Assembly (NCBI GenBank): GCA_002256025.1
Contig: NKIB01015331.1
Location: 1 to 36,489, forward strand
Direction of reading: 5' to 3'
Source of the DNA: Asterionella formosa
Taxonomy: Eukaryota
DNA: 36,489 bases
The position numbers were made by a program, and so were the translations under genes. Within the stretch, counting starts at the first letter, position 1. Every line of letters begins with the position of its first letter. Below are positions 1 to 10,103 of the stretch, piece after piece. Under the pieces are notes generated by a model. The model was not told where the DNA came from, did not search any database, and saw only the letters and a program-made list of their open reading frames with translations.

Positions 1-107
1 GTATGTTTACCAGGTACCATGTCATTTATTCTCGCCCGCTCGCCGCCCCACAAAACTCAAGTTGTACATTGTCAATCTTTTTTCATCGTAATCGTCGCAG
101 TTCTTGA

Positions 108-826
108 ATGTACGCTTGTGGGGCTGGTGAACAAATGGAAGGGATGAGTTTCTTCGAGAAAATGAAGCTGGCGGGGAAAAGCCTTGTTGATTCAGGTGCG
201 AAAACTATGCTCAAGGTACGTATTCACATCCTTGTAGAACTATTACTGAAGGCTACATAATCGCTTGTGAATCTTGGTCGTTGCGGTTGTGGAAGTTACC
301 TGGGACAGCAGAGTATAGCACCATGGGAGGTGGAGAGCTTTTGAGATTGTGTTGTCGTTTGATCTGATCAGTTGGACCCTGCCATTTTTCTCCTCTTCAA
401 TCGACAATCGATTCCAGAAAGAAAATAAATGCGTTCGCGACCGCTCTGAAACACGACACAAAAATGGATTCTTTCTTATTTGACTTGTGAAAATATTAAC
501 CCTCTTCCATTCATACTCCATGGCAGACGGATATTGTTTTTTTGGAACGCGAAATCAAGGCTAGAAAGCAAAAGTTTGGTGTCGAAGTTTACGAATTGAT
601 GGAGCAACTGGAATTGGATACTGGCATGAACACGGATGAGAAGGAAACAAAGATTAGTCTGGCATTTGATCAAGCCCGCAAGGATATTGCTGTCATTTCG
701 GCCAAGATTGAGTGCAAGCGAGAAGAAATGGCTGTCCTAGAGGAGGAACAAAAGAGGTCCGCCTCGAAGATGTATGATATCCCTCCATCCAGTGGCGTTG
801 TTTTACAAGATGGGCATGCGGATTAG
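108..826 (+). CDS. Small coiled-coil hypothetical protein, 2 coding exons (108-215, 527-826)
   Basis: ATG at 108 after an in-frame TGA; MYACGAGEQMEGMSFFEKMKLAGKSLVDSGAKTMLK, then GT(216)...CAG(526), continuing in frame TDIVFLEREIKARKQKFG to TAG at 826. Bases 1-100 (GTATGT...CAG) look like a 5' UTR intron. Confidence 0.75.
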
Positions 827-1016
827 TAGGATAATTTTGTGTGACATGTTCATTGGGCCTATATACTGAATGACTGGATATAGTTAACTGTAAAATGAAG
901 TTATAATTTTGGCCATTTATAAGGTGTACTGTTATCTACCTTTATCTCAAGGTAGATTGATGGCATCAGTAGCTCTAGCGCTCAGTACTACCAATGAGAA
1001 AAAATTATAAAATCTA

Positions 1017-1526
1017 CTAGGCAGTTAAATCCGCATCAAAGTCCCATTGTAGTGCCCCACTCCCGTGTTTGGCTAGTAAGTCTTCCAGCTCTTCCCTAGT
1101 TATTTCTTTTTTCGATGGGGTGAAATCACTAAGCTTTCCCAACAAGACCATGCTGTCGCCTCGCACGACGTAAAGGCCTAAAGGTTCATCCGTGTAATAG
1201 CAAACACCGTCATGCAACACCATGCGTCGTTCGCACGTATTTTCCAGAACCATGTTGCTGAATTGATCAAAAGATCTCAGGGTCTGTCAGTTCATGAATG
1301 CTCTTGGTCAGTCCATGAACTTTTTTCCTACTCTATGCGGCAACAACTTGACACACCGCTTGGTACTTACGCCAACTAAATGCCTTCCATCCCTCAACAC
1401 AATCATTAGGATTTCATCCAGCTCTTCCACCAGCGAAGCAGATCCTGGCAAATAGGCAGGCACGTAGCCAAAGGGCAGCCCAGAATTGGTGTTGACTTCC
1501 GTGCCGGAAATGGGATTTGATGCCAT
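1017..1526 (-). CDS. LSM1: Sm-like protein LSm1, 2 exons (1526-1371, 1283-1017)
   Basis: YLPGSASLVEELD..LMIVLRDGRHLVG joined across an 87-bp GTAAGT...CAG intron to TLRSFDQFSNMVLE...LGLYVVRGDSMVLLG; Sm1 and Sm2 motifs typical of LSm1. Confidence 0.93.
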
Positions 1527-1862
1527 AGTGCGATGGATGGCTGAAATTTGTTTATGCATTCATCTGTTCACAGCTGCCGAAGAGGTCATGAAATTGTGTT
1601 GAGAACTTCGCTGCTTATTTTTAGCTCAGTAATCTTATGATCATATAGATACCGGTAGTACAAACCGTCGTTTTACCGCACCCTTCCCGACCTGGACGAC
1701 CACTGTTATCAACTACCGGTACCACAATAGACCGTTTTACTTAGACTGGCCTAATACCGGTACTCTATAATATGAATAAACAACAAATAATATGCTAATC
1801 AAACCACGTGCACTAGTATTGTTCAGCTAAAATGACCCTCTCGTCGTTAATTTGCGTGTTGA

Positions 1863-2462
1863 ATGACCATGTTGTCGCTTCGGTTCTTCGTCACCTTCCT
1901 ACTGTTGTTACAGGCATCCGCCTTCCTTCCATCGCTAGAAAAGAACGAGATTGAAGTGATTCCCAATCCTCATGTCACCCAGCAAGATATGGCCTGCATC
2001 ACGGCACTCCAGCTTTTGTTGCAGCCTTACTTGCTCCTTACCAAGTCACCAATCATCACGCATGACGACACCTTTCAAGACATCACATTTGCCAAAGTCT
2101 TGACTTATCCCGTGCCAATTTATCATATGAAGCAGCCCTACCGACTCTCTACCAACGAACTCGATTTCTCCATGGTGTTGGTGCGAGATTTAGCAACGCA
2201 TGTCAATGTCCATGAAACTCCGGTTGACCCAGAAAAAGCTAGGGATTCTTGGTTCGTGGGAACCATGTGGACGCCTATAGTGTATAAGTGCGCAAGCAGT
2301 GTGCAACATGTGGGATGGAAGTTTACAAATGTGAATGGCGATGACTCTAATTCATTCTATGCCCTCTTGGTAAATGTCAATAAACGAAAGACTGATAGTA
2401 TGATTCAGATTGGGAGTCTCCAAGCTCCTGGATGGATGGCAGCTATTGCTGTGACTCAATGA
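1863..2462 (+). CDS. Signal-peptide-bearing cereblon-like CULT (thalidomide-binding/yippee-like) domain protein
   Basis: Hydrophobic N-terminus ending QASA|F; C-terminal DSWFVGTMWT..YKC....HVGWKF.......SFYAL resembles cereblon HSWFPGYAWT...C..C..HIGWKF.......KFWGL. Confidence 0.7.
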   Translation: MTMLSLRFFVTFLLLLQASAFLPSLEKNEIEVIPNPHVTQQDMACITALQLLLQPYLLLTKSPIITHDDTFQDITFAKVLTYPVPIYHMKQPYRLSTNELDFSMVLVRDLATHVNVHETPVDPEKARDSWFVGTMWTPIVYKCASSVQHVGWKFTNVNGDDSNSFYALLVNVNKRKTDSMIQIGSLQAPGWMAAIAVTQ

Positions 2463-3316
2463 GAAAATGTGATAATTCGTATATTTATAGTTTTCTGTTT
2501 TGTTATTGTTTGAGCTTTTTGTATTTTTATTGGCTGAGGAAGCTAGTCACTGATGTCACTGCTTTCTATATGAATACCATCATATGCACTGACAGTAATG
2601 ATATGGAGTAGATTAGTCCATTCTTGAGGGTATTACGCAATTGCATGTCTCCTAGCAGTGTTATACTCAAGGGCAGAGGAATTTTTCCTTCGAAAGATTT
2701 TGAAAGTGAATGAATCCATAGTATTGAGGAACAGGTGATTCTCTATAAGTTACTAGTTGAGCTATTCTTTCTTTCTAGAGCAGCAGCAAGCTACCAATGC
2801 ACTAATGTAGGAGTAGTGGTAACAGTTATCTTCCACCTGCTAAAAACCATGCTCACTCAGATTAGTAGAAAGCACCATAATAGCTAGAGTTATGGAAAAC
2901 ACGAAGTAACAGTCTAAAAGTATGTTCATTCCATTCAATATAAGTGATGGCTGGTAGGAGTACTGTGCGTGTAGTCTCCTATGATCGCTAATTGACAAAT
3001 TTCAATAACACATATGCATATCTTGTTCAGGTTTGATCGCAGCCAAGCAAGAAAGAATGAAAAGATAGGTAACATAGAGCACTTCAAATGTATGAGCTGG
3101 ATTCAGATGCTCAAGCAAATTTACTACGTTTTGCTAAAGGACTGTAGCATTGAAGGCGAATCCTCTTTTTTCCTCCCTATTTTGAGCCATTAAAAAATGT
3201 GGTGAGGGTGTACCGGTAATCATATTGTTTTTATCTCAATTTGTTTGGTTTCCTTTTTGATAGTATCAACGTATGTGTGAGGTTAATCGAAATGCAAATT
3301 TGAATGTAGTTTGATC

Positions 3317-3423
3317 TGAAACAAACAAGAAGCTCATGCAATTTTTAAGTAGATGTGTTTGTTTGAGGTTAGTTTGAAACAAACAAGCTCATGCAATTTC
3401 AAAGTACATGTGTTTGTATGAGG
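3317..3423. repeat. Imperfect tandem duplication of about 55 bp
   Basis: TGAAACAAACAAG(AAG)CTCATGCAATTT..AAGTA.ATGTGTTTGT.TGAGG occurs twice in tandem. Confidence 0.75.
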
Positions 3424-3639
3424 CGACCGAGGTTCATTTATGTTCCCAACAAGATCTGGAACTAAGCAAGTTAGCTAGTCCTTCTTCCTATTACATTTTG
3501 TTTGGCCTAAATTCTTTTTGCTGACAATTGCTTGTGAAAGTGTATCCAATATATAAATACCATATCATATATATTTTTCTCTTGAATTAATTGATTTTTT
3601 GGATGTCTGTATCAAAACAAATTATATGTATTTAATAAA

Positions 3640-4965
3640 CATAGAAATATTAAAGTTTCAACTACACTTGGAAAAACATTTTTTGGGCTTTTTCGCCACT
3701 TTTGCGTATCTCCAAACAAAATGCAGATGCCTGACCCCCTTCTTCTTGCCAAAACCTCTTCTCAACAAGCAGACGATAAAGGATCTAACACCACAATATC
3801 GTCAACTTATTTGTATTATGATCTGTAGAACCTCAAAAAAGGACCTGATGGAGCGAGGGTACTAGGGGACGAAATAGATGGTCGGCTTGTTTTAGTGCAT
3901 GGAACAGTTAAATATTTGGCGGGCCGGTTCAAAGTTAATAAAATAAATATACAACGTATTTGAAAGCGCGAGCTCGAATCCCACCAGTATAATGGGCATA
4001 ATGATGTGTTCAAATTGTGAGCAGTTGGGGAAGGAGCAATTGAATTGGCCCACACACTCCTGCATGATCAGCTTAATAGTAGTAGTGTGTGCTGGTAAGG
4101 GGTTTTCCGTCTCTGGCGCCATTATGGCTGCATTGCATCAAAAAAGTTCCACCTTGAAAAATATTAAAAATATACTAGCACTGGTTATTAATGATTCTAC
4201 ATGTATTCTATTTATTTTTTCGAGTTGAATAATTATAATTGGATTTTTAACTTTATAAACACAGCAGTAGAATTATTTTTATACTCCCGCCTGGTCATCC
4301 ATGTCTACCATTTCTTCCTTAACAGCATCTTCAGTCTTGGCAATTTTGTCTAGAAATGTAAAAAGAGCAATTCCATAACCTCGCATTTTTGTTTTTCTTT
4401 TTGTTTCCAAATAATTCACCGCCTCGATTTTTTCATGTGCAATTCTCCTTGCAAGATACCGAACTATGCATCTTTGACCTTCTGGATGGAGGTCACAGTC
4501 CATGATCACCTGGATAGCGTCCTCGAGTTCTTGAAGGATCTCGTCCAACACTGCCTGTACACACAGAGAAGTAAAGAGCAACAGAGCCAAGCTCAACCGT
4601 TACAGTTGATCCACAACAGTGAGGATGGGCGCAACTGCGACCACTGTTGCTAGCCAGCGTCAAGCCAAGGATCTGGTCATATGGAACGGGCGTCTCAGCG
4701 ATGTCAACATTCATTTTGAAGATAAAGATAATGATGATGATTAGGATGATGGATAAAATCATAGTAGAAAAATCAATGCATTAGTAGCATCATTGCTTGA
4801 TATAAACATGTACCCAATGTATAGATACGTGTTAAATTGGTTCGAATAATTTTGTATTTGGATGCTAATTATTTAATTACAAAAACAGAGCTTGTGTTCA
4901 TGTCTAGTATGTAACTGATAAAAACTCATTTTTTCGAGTAAGCCGACCCTCACATAGAAAGATGG
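3640..4965 (+). mobile_element. Internally deleted DD39D mariner-family element (copy 1); boundaries approximate
   Basis: About 3830-3970 encodes LKKGPDGARVLGDEIDGRLVLVHGTVKYLAGRFKVN, homologous to the transposase N-terminus at 33108; 4095-4150 matches 34595-34650; 4885-4965 matches 35625-35705 and 4805-4965 matches the reverse complement of 15889-16050. Confidence 0.75.
4279..4714 (-). pseudogene. Frameshifted accessory ORF of the mariner element (SCxHxxCCG motif)
   Basis: QILGLTLASNSGRSCAHPHCCGSTVTV, frameshift near 4600, then LFTS..DEILQELEDAIQVIM...CIVRYLARRI...GYGIALFTFLD; homologous to 35002-35538. Confidence 0.7.
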
Positions 4966-5708
4966 TCCGTAATTTATGGAATCCATCTAATAATCGGTTC
5001 TAGTACTATTATTGGACAGAAGGAGTACCAGTTTGTAGCGAAGGAAACTATTCATCACAGTCAACACAGCGGCTAGAGAAGTTATTCCTACTGACAATAT
5101 AAAAGTCTGTCTTTGGTCCTCAGACTCCATTCAATCCTCCTAGTTCAATGTTGGGGGTTTCATTCATTCACATCTACTTTTCCTTTATGCCATTCATATC
5201 ATCACAACCAACAAGAATGAGGCTCAACAAGAGTACCAACTTCTCCAAAATCTGCTGTATCAACAAATTCAGAAAGTGATGTATATCATGCATCCTGAGC
5301 CGCACTGCATTATTCTGTTGTTGTAAGCCACCCAAAATTATCCTGACACTTTCTGCCGCATACATATGTACCAGTTGTGTTTTACCGCCGCAAACCGTCT
5401 TCTTAACTAGAAGCACCTGGTTTATGCGCTACGTACAAGGATTATTTCTCCTTTGTTGCTCTGGATATTATTTACCGTTAAATGTACGCACTATTTACAA
5501 ATGATATACTGTTCCTTACTACCGGTATATCTATTATAGCTTACCGGTTTATCCATAGGTAAAATGTACTGATGTAAAATTGAGTGCATCATCTAAAGAT
5601 AACATGCAGTGATGTAAAATAAAATGCCACGACAAAACAAAATCAAACTCTCCTTTCGTTCGACACGGCGTCGTCAATAGAAACCGTTGATAAGGTGTCA
5701 AAGGTATT

Positions 5709-7922
5709 ATGGTTGTTCCTTCTTCTGCCTCTTTCACCAAAGAATATCCAATCATTCGATCACTGGTCTTGTCTCTTGGCGTGTTGATCGCGCTTCCAGC
5801 TGGCTTCTGCTTTTTCGTTCTCTCCAAATCGCTTCAGAACCAAAACTTGTGCCATGTTGGGCCAGTGCAAGTAGAACCCAATAGTGCTGTCAGGGACCTC
5901 GGGCAATGGCAGGAGCACCGAGCAAAGCTTCTACAAATGTACGGTACATATACAACTTTCGATGACGCATCATATTACTTTGTCAAAACACCTTATGGCA
6001 TCCAGCCGAAGTGCTTGCCATCGTTTGGCTGGTGGTCAATCACAACGCTGTCGCTGACTCTGCTAAGCCCGAAACTTAGGCAGGCCCGGCAGCTGCATTA
6101 TCGACGCAGTGGAAATACCTACAATATCGAGACTTCACCAGCCATCCAATGGGATCAATCACATCGGATCAAGAAAGCATCCAAGCATAGTTCAAATCAA
6201 CATTCCTCCGCAAACAATCGATGGTGTACAGTTAACACACAAGACGTCGAGCAGTACCACCAACCAGCCTCTTTGAGAGATCCGAAAAAAGTAAAACAGA
6301 CGGAATATGTTTTTGGAGAAAAGGCACTGGAACTCGTCAAGTCCAATCTAGCTCCAACCAAGGACCTTTTTCGAATTTGTGCCCCTTCCCAACCTTCGAT
6401 ACTCAGCAACGGCAATCAAGCTCCTTACTTCATGGCGCTTCCATTACAGCCTCCTGAAGCAGGGATATGGAAGCGTTACGAAATAGGCATCAACGGGGAG
6501 TCAAAGAATGGCGCGACAGAGTTTGAACCCTATGATGATGAAGTTGGCGATGATTCGACTCGGACCAGATTCGACCAAGGTCCTAGACCTACCAGTCCAT
6601 TTCAGCTTCAAGTGCAATGCCATGTACGAGATCTGGCACTTAATCATTTAGCTCATGGATCGTTGCAACCAGATAGTGAACCTCATTTAGGATGGGAACA
6701 CGCAGAATTCATTGCTTTACCAGCTTGGAATCTATTGGAGCTTCCAGGAACCATACTCATTCTGCTTGGCTTGGTGGTGGGAAACACATGGAAAAATGAT
6801 AAATGTACTGACAAGCATTGGATAAGAAGATGGCAACAGGGATGGACGCATCCGACGTGGAGTTTATGTTGTTGGACGTTGGCGTGGGTGTATTTTATGG
6901 GAGCGTGCCTGGAGCCTCTCCTTGGGTCGTTAACTCTGATTACAATTCACGTCACCTTGTTCCTTTGGGTTTCGCTTTGGAAAGTTTCTGATTATTACAT
7001 CTGGGTTGTTTTTGGGTTTACAGTGCTCTTGGCTCAGCTATTACCGGAGTTGCAAATGGGGCCGATTCAAATTTTTGCCGTTTCCTTCGGTGAATCAACC
7101 AATGCCTTGAAAGTGAATATATTAAATGTCTTGATTGGAACTTATCCTTTAATTTCCGTCTCCACTTCCAAAATAAACTGGAAGCTGGGTGCGGGTGTTG
7201 TTTTCATGGGCTGGGCACTTTCGCATACATTGTGTCAAGAAATTTTGGCAGCACCACAATGGACTGTTCCTACTATTTTGATGGGGGATTTATGGTGGAA
7301 ATTACAAAAAATGTCTAAAGGAATTGAATCCAAAAAAACGGATAAAGAGCTCGAACCAATATTTGAGGAGGACGACGAAGAAAACGAACATGATCCCGAC
7401 GACAAGAGTAGAATTTCGTCCGCGTTCTCACTATCAAGCCAACCGGATAATAGGACCTGTCGGAGGATTGTCCGATTTGGAACAGCTATCGCTGCCTATG
7501 TTTTCTTCGCTCTCTGGTTTATAGTCACACTTTTTTGCTGCATGACCTTTGATTGGACGTTAGTTATTGCTCACGTTATGGTTCTGTGGATGTACATTGG
7601 GTCAACAACCTTTCCAACGCACCCTTTATGGAGTCTTTATCACATGGTGGCTGCTGCTTTGCTCCTTATCTTCAATGTCATGACCCTTGTGGGCTGGTAC
7701 TTATGCCATGTTGCAATATCCACTCATGCGCTACAGGCCTTACCTTCTAGATATGTTTGGGCGTCCCTCGGAGTTCAGACTGCGTTGCACACAATTGCAT
7801 TGGTTGATACAGTGTGTACTAAACATTGGAGCACGTCACCGAACGTTCCGGGCCATTATTTTTGGGATCATATAAAAACCGTTGGAGACGAGATACGAAT
7901 CTGGTACTACATTTTTGGTTAA
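5709..7922 (+). CDS. 737-aa multi-pass membrane protein of unknown function
   Basis: Long uninterrupted ORF; N-terminal hydrophobic anchor, soluble region, then two hydrophobic helix clusters separated by an acidic loop (EEDDEENEHD). Confidence 0.8.
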   Translation: MVVPSSASFTKEYPIIRSLVLSLGVLIALPAGFCFFVLSKSLQNQNLCHVGPVQVEPNSAVRDLGQWQEHRAKLLQMYGTYTTFDDASYYFVKTPYGIQPKCLPSFGWWSITTLSLTLLSPKLRQARQLHYRRSGNTYNIETSPAIQWDQSHRIKKASKHSSNQHSSANNRWCTVNTQDVEQYHQPASLRDPKKVKQTEYVFGEKALELVKSNLAPTKDLFRICAPSQPSILSNGNQAPYFMALPLQPPEAGIWKRYEIGINGESKNGATEFEPYDDEVGDDSTRTRFDQGPRPTSPFQLQVQCHVRDLALNHLAHGSLQPDSEPHLGWEHAEFIALPAWNLLELPGTILILLGLVVGNTWKNDKCTDKHWIRRWQQGWTHPTWSLCCWTLAWVYFMGACLEPLLGSLTLITIHVTLFLWVSLWKVSDYYIWVVFGFTVLLAQLLPELQMGPIQIFAVSFGESTNALKVNILNVLIGTYPLISVSTSKINWKLGAGVVFMGWALSHTLCQEILAAPQWTVPTILMGDLWWKLQKMSKGIESKKTDKELEPIFEEDDEENEHDPDDKSRISSAFSLSSQPDNRTCRRIVRFGTAIAAYVFFALWFIVTLFCCMTFDWTLVIAHVMVLWMYIGSTTFPTHPLWSLYHMVAAALLLIFNVMTLVGWYLCHVAISTHALQALPSRYVWASLGVQTALHTIALVDTVCTKHWSTSPNVPGHYFWDHIKTVGDEIRIWYYIFG

Positions 7923-8382
7923 GGTCCTTTTCACCGACAATACCAGAGTTGATTGCATGTAGCATTTCCCATAGGAGTAAACTCTTGGCGTTGCGACCAT
8001 GGCAGCTTTGATTTCGAATGAAGGCCAAACAGGAAAATGTTTAGATTTGCGCGAAAATATATTGCAAGTCAGTTCCGCTTATGGAATGAATGTGCTTCGT
8101 TTGTGCTCTGGTTCAAGAGACCTGTTCCCTTAATGAGCACAGATGTTTCACCAAAGGAGTTGTGCGTGGTAGCATTGTCATTTGCTCATCGTATACTTTC
8201 CAGGTGTATCGACCGCAAGAAGATTTGTTTTACTACATGATCACTGTTACTGTCTATTCTTCCAATAGCTACCAGTGTTATCATGGGCAGAAAGGTGTAA
8301 AATTGCTGCTACTATGCCCCGAAAAGCAAGAATCAATTATGCGCGAGGTCAACCAATACTAATTACTTTTGCATTTATAGTA

Positions 8383-9739
8383 TTAGTCTTTGCCGATTTC
8401 TAGATTGGTCTTCAGGGTCGTATGAGACCTTGTTGGTGATTTGGATTTGCTTTTCTTGTGATGCTGCACTTTATGTGTCGGTAGATGTTGCTTTTCTGTC
8501 CCCTTGTTGGTTCCACCCTTCTTTGAAAGTCGAACAGATCCGTTTGACAAGAGTTCCCCTTGCGTATTGGGGTTGTCATTGTCGCCAATTTCAATGTGAA
8601 ATTGAATATCCCCAGACAGCGTTCGAACCACTTGAGGCTTCCCGACCTGAACTTGTCCTTTGATAATCGCACTTTTGCGCGACGAGCTGTTGGAATTGGG
8701 ATGCGCCCCAGCTGCTCGCCCTCCTCGGCCACCACGTCCATGGCCTGCACTATCCAGAATTCTTGTTCCTCTAGCGCTGCCGCCATCATAGTTTCTTCCC
8801 CCTCTACCCCCGCCGCTATCATGAGATCTCCAGCTATCTCTCCTGCTGTCATTGGCACCACGGCCATCTGTGGACCTCCAACTGTCTCCCCGATCGTCAC
8901 CCCGGCCACGTCCGGCCCAGCGATCAGTACCGCCACCGCGAGAGGAGGCACTATGACTTGATTGCACGGAAACGTCATCTTCTACCGGCGCCTTCTTGGG
9001 ACTATTTATGTTTTGGGCAGTGGCAGCTTGCAAGGAACTAGTGACACCAACAGGGGTGGCTTCCTTTTGTCGTTCCACCAATGCAAGTGTCAAGGCCTCC
9101 ACTTGAGACTTGCGATGCTGGCGTTTTAACTCCACTTCATGTTGCTTGTCCTCCAACATTTTCTTTTTATTCTCTTCTTCGTGCTGCTGAAGCTTAGCCC
9201 GTCGACTGGCCATCCACGCCGAGCCATCCACAGCGGGTACAGACTCTAGAAATACACAAAGTAGTACAAGTAAGGGGTTGAGTACCAGTAGGAACTCACC
9301 CGAGCTATAATTTCACAACGACAAGTTCATTGCACTTACCTGGCGTATATTTACTCGCGGACTTGGCCATGGATTTCCAATCTTGCTGAGTATGTGGCTG
9401 GCGACTACTACCACTGTGGCCCCGCCCTCGAGCGCCTTGTTGCTGCTCGTCTGTCCGTGTTCGAGAGCCTTGATGTTGATGACTGTCTCTCCCTCCCACA
9501 CTAACACGTCCACAACCACGTCCCCTAGCTTTGTTGCTGCTGGTTGGAGGAGCCGGTTGTCCTCGATTCTGCGATTGTTGTAGTGACGACGGCGACGACT
9601 GCTGCTGCTGCTGCTGATTCGTTGGAGGTTTATCGAAAAATCCATCATCTTCCTCGTCCGATTTTTGCTTTTGCAGATCAGACACTCGAATTTCGTCTTC
9701 TGAGGAATCTGAGTCTCCCCAGCGCAATGATGTCGACAT
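8383..9739 (-). CDS. Low-complexity RG/RGG-rich protein of 420 aa, 2 exons (9739-9340, 9245-8383)
   Basis: GTAAGT donor at 9339 and TAG acceptor ending at 9246 join the two ORFs in frame (KYTP-E-SVPAVDGSAW); poly-Q, coiled-coil and GRGRG/RGGRGG tracts. Confidence 0.75.
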
Positions 9740-10103
9740 GATACAGCTGAAGTGGCCCTTGAGACGAGATCAATACTATATGCTCTGAGATAAATCTATG
9801 ATGCTATCAGTGCAACTGGAGCAATTATGAAAAGTTGATCGAGATACGTGATTACCGGAACCGGTACCGGGTACCGGTACTCGAATTATTCAAAGAAATT
9901 TGTAACAATGATGCATATCCAGTATTATATACACTACCAGGGGTATCATGATACTTTATTGACACATTAAATCATACTGCTCCACAGGCTACCTTCTTTC
10001 TTATGATGCTGCAAACTCTAAAAAGCACCACCACCTGCTTCGAGCACCTGATTGTGTGATGTACATCATACTGTTAGGTCCATAGTACCTGGTACAGCAT
10101 TAA

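Noticed and set aside
8412..8978. Alternative-frame and antisense ORFs over the RGG gene (likewise over the genes at 17.6-22.7 kb and 29-31 kb)
   Set aside because: Shadow ORFs of GC-rich real exons.
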